A DNA stretch of 64,000 nucleotides, from IMG/VR virus record IMGVR_UViG_3300023179_000020. The stretch is one strand, 5' to 3'. A model generated the notes under the pieces. That model was not told the origin of the DNA. It made no database searches and saw only the letters and a program-made list of their open reading frames with translations. Each line of letters opens with the position of its first letter. The first letter of the stretch is position 1. This document shows, piece after piece, positions 37,801 through 47,813 of this stretch. The position numbers and the translations under genes are program-made. Origin of the DNA: a virus.

Positions 37801-38652
37801 GTAAATGCTTTAGAAGTTGCATTTTCACCTCAAAATGAAATTGATGATGACATAATATCTTCTTTAGGATACTTCAACATTGGAGAATACATTGGTGATC
37901 CAAGACAAATATCTTCTTCTGCTACTTCTTATCCTGATCTTGTTAGAATAAGGGACGATTATTTTAAAAAATATTTTGATAATTACGATTTAGTAGATTA
38001 CATCAGATTAATTAAGTTTTTTGACAATTCATTATTTAAAATGATTAAAGATTTTGTTCCTGCAAGAACAAATCTAAGATCAGGAATTGTTATAAAACCA
38101 CACATGTTAGAAAGAAATAAATATCCTCAACCACAAGCAAGTTGGAGAGATGAAGTAATAACAGCATCTGTTTATACTCAACAAGTATGGGATCCTGTTA
38201 CTCAAGACACATACATGTCTTCTTCATTAATAGAAAAAATATATGGTAGTACAGGTGGAACATTTAATGAATTTAATGGTCTAGATACTTCTCCTTATGG
38301 TATTAATACTTTAGGATTATCAAACAGATTCTTTTTAACACAATCCTGGTATGAAACAACAATAGGCCCTTCAGGCTCTACCCAATTATTACATGATGAT
38401 CAAAGTGAATTTTATAATGGAGAATTACAAGGAACAATTATTGAAGCATCAAATGGAGAATTAAATGAAGCTAATGTTTTTAAACATCCTAACACGTTAG
38501 ATATACCTTACTATGATTTAACATTTTATATAAGTACTATAACCTCAGAAACAGAATTTACAGATCCTTTAACTTCACCAAACCAAGGAGAAATGTATTT
38601 ATGGTATGATTCAGGTAGTATAATAAGAGATTCATTTAGTGGAAGAAAATAA
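34882..38652 (+). CDS. large baseplate/tail structural protein
   Basis: EISSDRTEIR; HNLPLLLKQKGT..GL..LI..YG (gp7/tail-I-like); FVPAR. Confidence 0.75.
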   Translation: MAATITNIDPVTLKTQTYSFQDLNLVPAESVPSQFDPSKNYIEYIIQSLDGVFSITEQNYGGYKVINDTSPVGEPVIYDIDINPEQDVIDRGFSQGSWNTIYNFLNNELSSSSETQPYYIKEISSDRTEIRIASNVISNESLEPLVNEFLDKLTSTEYFQDFYLNFGSNNLIIANNLLLDNTKEQYEVLINLYEPLPTQFTDKSTLWVVTKVADSLAFNITFQPTLVVPQSFSPTIKGPNFDLPLKDQLNNSSFYVNYEQLLTTEVNASYQQMLSYLNDKSINIGINFTDFSNFVHLSSAETRINRFFYKIQLLEQYNADLGSLSVVTSSSLNSSVTVLNEKIDNIFKNFDAFEYYLYYESGSNTYPKSNSIPPYSVVTSTSPQAITWYNEQIISASAYDRNNQDYLVNTIPDYLKDDPQNDPYKVFVDMVGHFYDNIYVYYKDVSNRYNGDNRLEYGISKDLVADALRSFGLKIYQNNFSTDNLFAAFTGVSTDTNLPPGGYIISGNLYVTSSYIVEDADPPTFNGYFEEEYTEFLPNPFELITDAISIGDQYTPTDDLIKEIYKRLYHNLPLLLKQKGTVAGLRNLINIYGIPDTILRISEFGGRDKDETTYDYFYDKYSLAATVSGSSLGYVNTFFELNTTWSAPDDRPACVQFRFNTNQQPSASMAPLGLFQTDTGFINQMTGSLILTYTGSGYTTASYSYPDSGSKLAPDYQYAKLDFVPNSANPNTSASVYLPFFDQNWWSVMINRSGSTNPTFTLYAGNKVTYNGYDGNQIGFFASSSVTSTWSSGSNRFARFFLASSSLGLFPFTSGSIQEIRYWTRTQSAESFKDFIMNPSSIDFVGENEDYANYLAFRAPLGNELYIGSSSVHPKVSGSWPTTASLYDFTIGYIGETNEFTINTSSITFVPTTDSVLFNSPIGGLKNRVTDKIQIVSSSYPPVSLFYTQSGDTLSQYRSIEQFPLSTNSESPDVNALEVAFSPQNEIDDDIISSLGYFNIGEYIGDPRQISSSATSYPDLVRIRDDYFKKYFDNYDLVDYIRLIKFFDNSLFKMIKDFVPARTNLRSGIVIKPHMLERNKYPQPQASWRDEVITASVYTQQVWDPVTQDTYMSSSLIEKIYGSTGGTFNEFNGLDTSPYGINTLGLSNRFFLTQSWYETTIGPSGSTQLLHDDQSEFYNGELQGTIIEASNGELNEANVFKHPNTLDIPYYDLTFYISTITSETEFTDPLTSPNQGEMYLWYDSGSIIRDSFSGRK

Positions 38653-38664
38653 TATAAAAATATA

Positions 38665-39672
38665 ATGGCAACTTCAGGAACCCCCGGTTACGGTCAAATA
38701 AAAGCTGACGGAGTTAGATACATAAAAATCAATAAAGCTGATGGTAATGGTGTTGATAGATCATCATATTTAAATCAACTTGAACAGTTAACCATTAAAT
38801 ATACAGATATTGGTACAAAAACGTATCAAATTGTTAATATTCAAGAACAACCAACCTCTTATCTATACTCAGTATATCCATTTGTTGTTCAACCTTCAGG
38901 AGCAAATGATTCTGTAAATTATACAGTATTAGATTATAGTTTTTTAGCAACAAAAAATTCACCCACAGTTAACTCTGGAAAACCCACATTTTCAAATAGA
39001 ATACAATCATATAATAGTGTAACAGGTAATGCTTTAGGATACTTTACCAGCTCTTCAGGTACATACATAGCGGGAAATACACCTAATGTTATACTAAAAG
39101 TCCAAGTAAGTGGTAGTGGAACTGGAAATGCAGGAGGAGATCTTCAATTTTGGGTTGTTAGAAATCCTTTTTCAGAAGATAGGGTAGAATTTACATTAGC
39201 TTCTAGTTATAATGGTGGAACTTTTAATAAAACGTATTATTTTAGTTCTTCTTTTAATATTATAGAAACTGATCAATTTGGATTTCTTTTATATAAAACA
39301 GGTGGAACAATAGGTGTAAATGAAGTACATTTTAGTATGTCTATACATCAAGCTAATGTTAATTCTCCTAGTACTCCTCTTCCTTTAATAGTATTTGAAC
39401 CTGATTTTATTGATTTTACGTATAATGATTATAATGTACTATTAGGAAATGCGGATGGTAATAATACTTCAAATACGTATTTAGAAATAGATTATGTTCC
39501 TAATTCTTTAACACCTATAAATTTTGCTCAAATTATAGATGGAGTAGCAGTTCCTGCTCAAATTCAAGATTCTAATTATGCTTCAAAATCTTGGTCTAAT
39601 ATTCGTTATAATGGATCAAGACAAAGTGCTTATGATTTTAATAAACCTTTTATTAATCCTAATCAAACTTAA
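38665..39672 (+). CDS. tail/baseplate structural protein
   Basis: beta-rich; A.IQDSNY...W...RY.GS. Confidence 0.65.
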   Translation: MATSGTPGYGQIKADGVRYIKINKADGNGVDRSSYLNQLEQLTIKYTDIGTKTYQIVNIQEQPTSYLYSVYPFVVQPSGANDSVNYTVLDYSFLATKNSPTVNSGKPTFSNRIQSYNSVTGNALGYFTSSSGTYIAGNTPNVILKVQVSGSGTGNAGGDLQFWVVRNPFSEDRVEFTLASSYNGGTFNKTYYFSSSFNIIETDQFGFLLYKTGGTIGVNEVHFSMSIHQANVNSPSTPLPLIVFEPDFIDFTYNDYNVLLGNADGNNTSNTYLEIDYVPNSLTPINFAQIIDGVAVPAQIQDSNYASKSWSNIRYNGSRQSAYDFNKPFINPNQT

Positions 39673-39686
39673 TAAAGTTATATTTT

Positions 39687-41420
39687 ATGGTAGATAATTA
39701 TACATACGACTCACTTAATGATCCTGGTTATTACACGGGAGACTTATCAACTACTTCTATAGTAGACCAAAAAGACACATATATGGCGTTTTGTGCTGCT
39801 GTTGGAGGACGCAATGAACCCGAAATTATCAAATCACAAAAATACGAAATAACCACTTTAATAGATGAAAATGGAGAAATTTATACTCCAAATGATACTG
39901 ATATAGTATCTACTTCTATTATAAAAAATGTTTTTGGTCGTGGAAAAAGAACCGAAATCAGAGTAATTTCAAACCCTGGCAACGCAAACCTTAATTATCC
40001 CGGATATAAAGGTACTCATACCAGTCAAGGAGTAGGATATTTTCAAAACATACTAGTAACTACTTATGGTACAGGAGCAGGAGACTGGGTACAAACAATG
40101 AGTTTTGCTAATGCCATATCTCAAGACTTTGTAGTAGAAAATCTTAATGCAAAATGGGGAACAAATACTGGTTTTGATACTTACGGAAGAGTTCCTTTAA
40201 CCCAAAGCTATTGGAAAAGTGCCAGTTATATGTTTTCTCGTGGATTAACAGATATGCCTAACTTTACAACTGGAAGTGCCCCAGGTACGATAAGTAATAA
40301 TTATAAATTAATAAATTATAGTACAGATACAGCTAATACTAGGTTTAAAGTAAAAGTAAAAATGCCTTTTAGTAAAAGAATATATAGGAGTGATAGTGGA
40401 ACCTATTTAGTTGCTGATACTTATCCTCTTATTCAACCTATTAATATTCAATGGAGAGTAAGAAATTTAACCACAAACACTGTTTTATATACTTCCCCAT
40501 ATAGCCAAGTTTTCTACCCAGGAGATGGTGCTGCGTATCAAGGAGTAGAAGGAGAATCTTCATATTTTGATATGAATCAAAATGATACATTTCAAATTGA
40601 ATGGAGATATAATACTACTCTTCCTAATTCTTCTCTTTTTCCCTCTATTTATCAAATTGTTCCATTTTTTGATTTAAGATCATCATCAACTGAATGTTAT
40701 TATCAATTCATTCCTGAAAACCCAGCAGCATCTGTAGTAGGACAAATTACTTATATTAATGGTCAAAATTCATGGTTTGCCCCTTATATAAAAGATGTTT
40801 GGACTATTACTGGTTCTATTCAAAGTACAGATCCTGATACTGGTGATCCATTTGGTTACAATGCTGGTTCTTCACTTTTATTTTGGTCACCTACTGCTTC
40901 TGCTAATGCATTTAGTAGTTATCCTCAACAATTACCTGCTGCATCTGAAACTTTTGGTTTTGGAGGAGTAGAAGTACTTCCATTTAATCAAATAAGAGCT
41001 GGAGACTTTATACGATTTGGTTATTGGAAACCAGATCTTGAATCAGCTGTTCATTTTATTGAAAAAAAGTATATAAATGGCCTTAATTTTGGATTATTAG
41101 TCACACCAGCAGTAACAACTACAGGAACTCCTCTTGGTGGACTTCCTGCACTAGTAGGAACAGGAAGTCAATACCCTTCAGGATCAATTAATAATTTTAA
41201 TATTTACAGAATAGATGAAAATAATAATACTTCAACAGTAAATTTATACATAAATGAACTTTATCCTGCTAGAGGTCCTTTTAGTTATTTAAATCCACTT
41301 CCTGGAGGAAATGGAGTACCTCCATCTGTAATTTTGTTTCCTGAAAATGCTTCTCAAAAACTAAAAGATAATTATAATTCAATAATTAAAAGACTTACGG
41401 CAGAAGGTATAGTATACTAA
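39687..41420 (+). CDS. tail/receptor-binding-like structural protein
   Basis: beta-rich, aromatic; structural operon. Confidence 0.6.
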   Translation: MVDNYTYDSLNDPGYYTGDLSTTSIVDQKDTYMAFCAAVGGRNEPEIIKSQKYEITTLIDENGEIYTPNDTDIVSTSIIKNVFGRGKRTEIRVISNPGNANLNYPGYKGTHTSQGVGYFQNILVTTYGTGAGDWVQTMSFANAISQDFVVENLNAKWGTNTGFDTYGRVPLTQSYWKSASYMFSRGLTDMPNFTTGSAPGTISNNYKLINYSTDTANTRFKVKVKMPFSKRIYRSDSGTYLVADTYPLIQPINIQWRVRNLTTNTVLYTSPYSQVFYPGDGAAYQGVEGESSYFDMNQNDTFQIEWRYNTTLPNSSLFPSIYQIVPFFDLRSSSTECYYQFIPENPAASVVGQITYINGQNSWFAPYIKDVWTITGSIQSTDPDTGDPFGYNAGSSLLFWSPTASANAFSSYPQQLPAASETFGFGGVEVLPFNQIRAGDFIRFGYWKPDLESAVHFIEKKYINGLNFGLLVTPAVTTTGTPLGGLPALVGTGSQYPSGSINNFNIYRIDENNNTSTVNLYINELYPARGPFSYLNPLPGGNGVPPSVILFPENASQKLKDNYNSIIKRLTAEGIVY

Positions 41421-41444
41421 TATTTATAATAAAAATAATATAAA

Positions 41445-42101
41445 ATGGGATTTCTTAACAACTCAGTAGTCACAGTTGATGCTATTTTAACTCGCAAAGG
41501 TAGAGAGTTATTAGCCAAAAATGATGGTTCATTTCGTATAACACAATTTGCTTTAGCAGATGATGAAATTGATTATACACTTTATAATCCAACCCACCCA
41601 TCAGGTTCTGCTTATTATGGACAAGCAATTGATAATATGCCTTTATTAGAAGCATTTCCAGATGAAACACAGGTAATGAAATATTTGTTAACAACTTTAC
41701 CTAGAGGTACTTCTAAACTTCCAATTTTAGCTTTAGGTCAAGCATCTGTTACCTTAAAACAAGGTGAATCTAAAACTATTACTCCTCAAACTTTAAATTA
41801 CTTAGGAGGACTTAACACATTTGAATCATCAGGTTATAATGCTATAGTAGCAGACGTAAGATTATTAAACACATTTACTGGTACAGGTATTAATACAACT
41901 CAAGCAACCGCTTTAAATTCAACAACAACTATAGGAACAAATGTTTCTAAAACGGTTGTAGGAACATCAATAAGTTTTACAGCAACAACTGTTAATGTTT
42001 TATTCCCAACAGGAGTAACTCAAATTTCTACTACTTTAACTGTTATTGGTAGAGACAGTGGTGCTCGAATAACTATACCTCTTATTGTAACTAAATCTTA
42101 A
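41445..42101 (+). CDS. virion structural protein
   Basis: DAILT.KGRELLA, ITQFALADDEIDY.LY. Confidence 0.75.
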   Translation: MGFLNNSVVTVDAILTRKGRELLAKNDGSFRITQFALADDEIDYTLYNPTHPSGSAYYGQAIDNMPLLEAFPDETQVMKYLLTTLPRGTSKLPILALGQASVTLKQGESKTITPQTLNYLGGLNTFESSGYNAIVADVRLLNTFTGTGINTTQATALNSTTTIGTNVSKTVVGTSISFTATTVNVLFPTGVTQISTTLTVIGRDSGARITIPLIVTKS

Positions 42102-42117
42102 TTTAAAAAATAAATAA

Positions 42118-43167
42118 ATGGCTTATAAAAGATTAGACCCAGAAGATTTTGTAGTTAGTGCAGATAGCATAACTGCTCCATGTTGGTCAGACAATATTCC
42201 TACTTTATCTAACTTATATACATCTTCAATACAAGAAGCAGGAAGTACAGGTACATATTATTTAAATGTATACCAAACAGAATCCAATAATTCACAAGCA
42301 GAAATCCAGTTTAACATAGCATATGGTGATGAAACAGGAGGTGGATCTTTATTATACCAAGCTGGTATAAGTGGTTTATCCCCAACTAGAACTATTTATG
42401 GACAATTTAGAAATTTAATATACCCCGATGCTGAGGATGCAAGTTTTATATTTAGTACTATAACAAGTTCTTATTTTTATGCTTTAACAGTAGAAAGAGC
42501 TAGATCAAAACAATCACTTTTCCCGGGTAGTTTAAATTTAACTTTATACAGTGCTTCCAGTCAAATCCAGCTTACTGATAATAGTAATGACTTAACAGTT
42601 GTCCCATTTGTTGGTAATTTAAGAATGTACCAAATAGTTTCAGGTAGTAATGGTAATGCTATTACTTTAGCTAATAGTGCTCCTAGTGCAACTGCTGCTG
42701 GAATGACAAGTCAAGGATCATACGGTTTATTTTTCCCAGACATTAGTACTATTATTTTAAATGGAGCAGCACTTGATTTAACATTTGCTAATGGTGGTAT
42801 TAATTTAGCAACAACTAGATCATCTAATGTTGATGCTAATAATAATTCAAGATTATTTAGTAGAATAACAAGTGGTAGTAATAATAATAGTTCATTTGGT
42901 CTTAATAGTCAAGAAACAATAACCTCAGACTTTGTATTCTGCAGAGCCCGAAACGCAGAATTTAACTACTCAGAAAATCCAAGTTTTATATCTGGTAGTA
43001 CTGGTACAATTTTATATGATGTATTTATTAATAATCCTCAAACATATGTTACAACTATAGGATTATACAATGATACAAATGAATTGTTAGCTGTAGCTAA
43101 ATTGTCAAAACCACTTAAAAAAGATTTTACTAAAGAAACTTTAGTAAGAGTTAAGTTAGATTTTTGA
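42118..43167 (+). CDS. virion structural protein (paralogue of next gene)
   Basis: C-terminal EFNYS.N...YVTTIGLYN...ELLAVAKLS.PL. Confidence 0.75.
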   Translation: MAYKRLDPEDFVVSADSITAPCWSDNIPTLSNLYTSSIQEAGSTGTYYLNVYQTESNNSQAEIQFNIAYGDETGGGSLLYQAGISGLSPTRTIYGQFRNLIYPDAEDASFIFSTITSSYFYALTVERARSKQSLFPGSLNLTLYSASSQIQLTDNSNDLTVVPFVGNLRMYQIVSGSNGNAITLANSAPSATAAGMTSQGSYGLFFPDISTIILNGAALDLTFANGGINLATTRSSNVDANNNSRLFSRITSGSNNNSSFGLNSQETITSDFVFCRARNAEFNYSENPSFISGSTGTILYDVFINNPQTYVTTIGLYNDTNELLAVAKLSKPLKKDFTKETLVRVKLDF

Positions 43168-43170
43168 TGA

Positions 43171-44115
43171 ATGAGCGCCTTCAAATCTCTCACATCACAG
43201 GATGTTATTATAACACCCTTTGTAGTTAACAAAAGTTTTACTTTTGAAGGAAGTGCTTCTTTTGTTAATTCTAATGTTTTTATAGAAAGACTTTTAGGCA
43301 AAAACATTACTGGTTCTTTTAATGTTTTAACTGAACCAACTACTGGCACTACAGGATCAAATGGGTATTCATCTTCTTATTACCAAAGAAACATATACAA
43401 TAGTATTAAACAACTATACTATTCAAATGAATTGCCTAATCCTGAAGGAACATATATTGTAACAGATTATAATAATAACATAGTTGAAAGTAATTTAACA
43501 ACTAATGTTCATAGTAGATTTGATAATTATCTTCAAACTACACTATCACAATCAAGATTTTTTCCTACTGCTTCTAACACAGAAATATATGTGTTATCTA
43601 TTCCTTCTCAATTATTTGGTGATTACATAAACCCAAATTCATTTAGTTTAACAGTAAAAAATCCTGCTTCTCCGTCTACAACAGTTACATATTATGATGA
43701 TGGAGAAGGATCTATATACAAATCAGGTTCATCTGATTTTAGAGGAGTTATTACATACCAACATGGTTTAATAGCATTTACTCAACCTGGAGCAGATAGT
43801 GCTATGAGTTACTTTTTTGGTTCCCAAGTGAGTTGTAGTTTTCAAAGTGCAAGAACCATTTACGAAACCCAAGTTAAATGTACTATTAGAGAAAATGAAT
43901 TTAATTATTCACTAAATGCGAGCCTAATTTCAGGTAGTACACAAGACGGATACGTATATAATTTTGTTACAGGTTCTTCAGGTTTTTCTCCATATGTAAC
44001 AACAGTAGGTTTGTATAATGAAGCACAAGAGTTATTAGCAGTAGCAAAACTTGCTCAACCTCTTCCTACTAGTAGAACAACAGACATGTCAATTTTAGTA
44101 AACATCGATAGATAA
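43171..44115 (+). CDS. virion structural protein
   Basis: C-terminal EFNYS.N...YVTTVGLYN...ELLAVAKLA.PL. Confidence 0.75.
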   Translation: MSAFKSLTSQDVIITPFVVNKSFTFEGSASFVNSNVFIERLLGKNITGSFNVLTEPTTGTTGSNGYSSSYYQRNIYNSIKQLYYSNELPNPEGTYIVTDYNNNIVESNLTTNVHSRFDNYLQTTLSQSRFFPTASNTEIYVLSIPSQLFGDYINPNSFSLTVKNPASPSTTVTYYDDGEGSIYKSGSSDFRGVITYQHGLIAFTQPGADSAMSYFFGSQVSCSFQSARTIYETQVKCTIRENEFNYSLNASLISGSTQDGYVYNFVTGSSGFSPYVTTVGLYNEAQELLAVAKLAQPLPTSRTTDMSILVNIDR

Positions 44116-44119
44116 AAAT

Positions 44120-44560
44120 ATGAGTAATTGGTTGTATCAAAACAAAGTTATAGATAAAATAGAAGATTTTCCTGAAGGGTGTTTTGGTTTTGTTTACAAA
44201 ATTACTAACCTCCAGACTAACCAATTTTACATTGGTAAAAAGTTTTTAACCCATAAAAAAACTAAAAAATTAGGAAAAAAAGCATTATTAACACAAACAG
44301 GCCCTGGTCGTAAAAAAACAAAAGAAATTACATTTTCTGAAAGTGACTGGAAAACATATTGGGGTAGTTGTAAACCTTTATTAGAAGATGTTAAAACTTT
44401 AGGTGAATATTTATTTTATAAAGAAATACTTGAATTTGCCTTTACATCAAAACACTTATCTTATTTAGAGGCTAAACACCAATTTGTTACTAATTGTCTA
44501 GAAATAAACAGCTATAACGATAACATACAAGCTCGTTATTATCGTAAAGATTTGCCCTAA
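44120..44560 (+). CDS. GIY-YIG family endonuclease
   Basis: GFVYKITN...YIGKK, WKTYWGS, E, YNDNI. Confidence 0.85.
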   Translation: MSNWLYQNKVIDKIEDFPEGCFGFVYKITNLQTNQFYIGKKFLTHKKTKKLGKKALLTQTGPGRKKTKEITFSESDWKTYWGSCKPLLEDVKTLGEYLFYKEILEFAFTSKHLSYLEAKHQFVTNCLEINSYNDNIQARYYRKDLP

Positions 44561-44667
44561 GTTTTATTATTATATTTATAATAAAATTAAATAAAAATAT
44601 TTAAAGTTAAACTTGAGAAACTAAGTTTTCTTTGTTATATTATGATTATGTTCAATATTTATAATTA

Positions 44668-45273
44668 ATGGATAAAAAAACTAATATATATTACTTACAT
44701 AATGGTGACAATGTTCCTTTTTATATAGGAAAAACAGTTCAAAAACCATCAAAACGATTAAATAATCATAAAAAAGTTTTTGGAAATAATACATTATTAG
44801 AAGTTATAAATATAGTTGAAAATAATAATTGGTTATTTTGGGAAAAACATTATATTTCTTTATTTAAATTTTGGGGTTTTAATCTAAAAAATAAAAATGA
44901 AGGTGGAGGAGGATGTATAACTCATGAAGTATCAAAATCTGCTAGAGAAAAAATAAGTAAAACTCATAAAAATCTTAAAAAACCATTTACTGAGTCTCAT
45001 AAAATAAACCATAAAAATTCTTATAAGAACAGAAATGTAACTTGGGGAGATAAAATATCAGAAAGATTAAAAGGCAGAAAAATAACATGGGAACAAGGAA
45101 ATGTAGGAAAACCATCTTCACCAATTAACCAGTATGATTTAGAAGGAAATTTTATTAAAAAATGGGATAATATAAAAGATCCTTCTTTAATTTATAAATG
45201 TTATATAAGTGGTTGTCTTAAAGGAAGGCAAAAAACAGCTGGAGGTTATATTTGGGAATATGCAAATAAATGA
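44668..45273 (+). CDS. GIY-YIG homing endonuclease with NUMOD motifs
   Basis: IYYL...YIGKT, EK.YI, N...GG; C-terminal QYDLEG.FIK.W...TAGGYIW. Confidence 0.85.
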   Translation: MDKKTNIYYLHNGDNVPFYIGKTVQKPSKRLNNHKKVFGNNTLLEVINIVENNNWLFWEKHYISLFKFWGFNLKNKNEGGGGCITHEVSKSAREKISKTHKNLKKPFTESHKINHKNSYKNRNVTWGDKISERLKGRKITWEQGNVGKPSSPINQYDLEGNFIKKWDNIKDPSLIYKCYISGCLKGRQKTAGGYIWEYANK

Positions 45274-46195
45274 ATCATTAGTAGCGCTAGTTAATTCAGT
45301 TTTAGGAACAGGTAAATCTGCTGCTAGGGGAAATAAATCATATACCTGTCCAAAATGTAATCATCATAAACCTAAATTAGAAATTAATTTTGATATTACA
45401 TCTTCCCATTATCAAAAATTTGCTTGTTGGGTTTGTGGTTTTAAGGGTAAAAAAATCATTCAGCTATTTAAACAAACCCAAGCATCTCCAGAGGTACTTT
45501 TAAAGTTAAAATCTATTGTTAAAACAGAAATCTCCGATAGAGAATATGCTGTTACAGAAACAGTTACTTTACCTAAAGAATTCATTTCATTATCTGCTAT
45601 TACTCCAAATAATCTTATTGGAAGACGCGCTTTAGCTTACCTAAAACGCCGTGGTATTACTAAACAAGACATTTTAAAATACCAAATCGGATACTGTGAA
45701 GATGGACCATACTCTAATATGATTGTTATACCTTCATATGATGAAAAAGGAGTATTAAACTATTTTACTTCTAGAGGATTTGAAGAATTTTCTAGATCAA
45801 AGTATAAAAACCCAAACGTATCCCGAAACATTGTTCCATTTGAATTTTTTATAAACTGGAATGTTCCTATCATTTTATGTGAAGGCCCATTTGATATGAT
45901 GGCTATTAAACGTAATGTAATACCATTACTAGGCAAAAACATCCAGGACAAGCTAAAGAAAAAACTCGTTACTTCACAAGTACAAAAAATATATATAGCA
46001 TTGGATAAAGACGCAATTAAACAAGCTTTATCTTTTTGCGAAGAATTATTAAATGAGGGTAAAGAGGTTTATTTAGTAGAATTACAAGACAAAGACCCAA
46101 GTGAAATGGGATTTGAAAATTTTACTAAACTAATTCAAACCACTCAACCCCTAACATTCTCAAACCTATTTGAGAAAAAATTAACCTTAGTATGA
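45260..46195 (+). CDS. DNA primase (Zn finger + TOPRIM)
   Basis: CPKC..H...CWVC, YL.RRG, EG.FD, LG, LD.D, KDP; start moved to ATG 45260. Confidence 0.9.
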   Translation: MQINESLVALVNSVLGTGKSAARGNKSYTCPKCNHHKPKLEINFDITSSHYQKFACWVCGFKGKKIIQLFKQTQASPEVLLKLKSIVKTEISDREYAVTETVTLPKEFISLSAITPNNLIGRRALAYLKRRGITKQDILKYQIGYCEDGPYSNMIVIPSYDEKGVLNYFTSRGFEEFSRSKYKNPNVSRNIVPFEFFINWNVPIILCEGPFDMMAIKRNVIPLLGKNIQDKLKKKLVTSQVQKIYIALDKDAIKQALSFCEELLNEGKEVYLVELQDKDPSEMGFENFTKLIQTTQPLTFSNLFEKKLTLV

Positions 46196-46962
46196 GTACA
46201 ATTAAACATTCCTATGATCGAATTTTAGAAATATCTGACGACCATAAACAAATCACATTACCAGATTCTCGTTTTTATAGGAGAAATGGTAATTATTATC
46301 CATCTGTTACTTACATTTTAAGTTATTACCCTAAAGGTAAGTTTTTTGAAGATTGGCTTAAAAAAGTAGGATATGCTTCAGAATACATTGTTAAAAAAGC
46401 AGCTGAAGAAGGAACACAAGTTCATGAAATGATTGAAGAGTATTTAAATGGTGAAGAATTACAGTTCTTAAACAAATTTGGAACACCACAATATAATCCT
46501 GATGTGTGGCAAATGTTTTTACGTTTTGTAGAATTTTGGGAAACCCATAAACCTAAACTTATAGAAACTGAAGTACACCTATTTTCAGATGAATTAAAAG
46601 TAGCTGGTACTTGTGACATGGTTTGTGAGATAAATGATGAATTATGGATTATAGACTTTAAAACATCCAACCAAATCCAAACTACATATGAGTTACAAAC
46701 AGCTGTTTATTCACAGTGTTATAAAGAGTGTTATGGAAAAGATGCTCAACGCAACGGGATACTGTGGTTAAAATCATCTAAGCGTGGTTCTAAAAAAGAT
46801 AAAATGCAAGGTAAAGGATGGGAAATAGTTGAACCGGAACGTACATTTGAGGAAAATATTGAAATATTTAAAACTATACGTAAGTTGTTTGATTTAGAAA
46901 ATCCAACATCTTCTCCTTCATTTGAGTCGTTTCGAACAACTGCAAAACGGGAAGACATTTAA
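46192..46962 (+). CDS. PD-(D/E)XK exonuclease
   Basis: YPSVT, GT.VH..IE, AGTCD, IIDFKTS, Q...Y. Confidence 0.88.
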   Translation: MSTIKHSYDRILEISDDHKQITLPDSRFYRRNGNYYPSVTYILSYYPKGKFFEDWLKKVGYASEYIVKKAAEEGTQVHEMIEEYLNGEELQFLNKFGTPQYNPDVWQMFLRFVEFWETHKPKLIETEVHLFSDELKVAGTCDMVCEINDELWIIDFKTSNQIQTTYELQTAVYSQCYKECYGKDAQRNGILWLKSSKRGSKKDKMQGKGWEIVEPERTFEENIEIFKTIRKLFDLENPTSSPSFESFRTTAKREDI

Positions 46963-47015
46963 TATTTATAATAAGAAATTTGGCTTAGTCAAGTTTTGTT
47001 ATTATATTTATTAGA

Positions 47016-47813
47016 ATGATTAAACTAACTGATTTATTAAGAGAAGTTATAAATAACCCAAAAGCTATAATCATGGCTGGCGGTGCATCAGTTGGTAAAT
47101 CAACAGTACTAAAATCGTTACAACCCGTATTAAAAGGATTTGTAGACTTAAATGCTGACAAATATGTTGAAGATAAAGATTCTCCAATGTATGGTAATTT
47201 ATCTGCTGCCTCTGTTCAAATAAAAAAAACGGATTTACCTAACACTATTGACAACCAACAAAATCTTATTTACGACACTACAGCTTCTAATTTATCAACC
47301 CTTCAACCTACATTAGACATGTTAAATGATAAAGGGTATGAAATAATGATGATAATGGTTTATGCTCACCCCATAGTATCATTTTTAAGAAACTATAAAC
47401 GTGAACGTAAAGTACCAGCAGTTGGTGTTTTAGGAACATGGGTTAATGTTTATAATTTATTAGAAGAATATAAAAATATATTTGGTGATAATTTTGTATT
47501 AGTACATACACCTGCTAGTTCCGAAGAACAAACAGAAATAGATAATTTTGAATCTGCTTATCAACAGGGTACTTTAAAAGAATACTTCTCAGATCTATTA
47601 TCTTCAGGTCAATTTCAATCAACCTTTAGAAAAAGTGATGTTGGTTTATCACCTGAAGAATTAGAAAAACGAGAAAAAGACAGAGCCAAAACTAAAATTG
47701 TTTTAGAAAAAAACATAGATAAAATAGCTGATACATACGAGACTATTCAATCAAATCTAACCCCAGTTGATATGAAAGAATTGCCTAACATTGTTAAAAA
47801 TTTTGTTAGATGA
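47016..47813 (+). CDS. leader-bearing (MIKLTDLLRE) zeta-toxin/AAA_33-like P-loop kinase
   Basis: AGGASVGKS, NAD, IYDTT, RN..RER. Confidence 0.8.
   Translation: MIKLTDLLREVINNPKAIIMAGGASVGKSTVLKSLQPVLKGFVDLNADKYVEDKDSPMYGNLSAASVQIKKTDLPNTIDNQQNLIYDTTASNLSTLQPTLDMLNDKGYEIMMIMVYAHPIVSFLRNYKRERKVPAVGVLGTWVNVYNLLEEYKNIFGDNFVLVHTPASSEEQTEIDNFESAYQQGTLKEYFSDLLSSGQFQSTFRKSDVGLSPEELEKREKDRAKTKIVLEKNIDKIADTYETIQSNLTPVDMKELPNIVKNFVR

Noticed and set aside
46192-46962. Cas4 / CRISPR adaptation gene
   Set aside because: Lacks the four-Cys Fe-S pattern; ordinary phage exonuclease beside primase.
47016-47813. Zeta-epsilon toxin-antitoxin pair
   Set aside because: No adjacent small antitoxin; leader and late context suggest another role.
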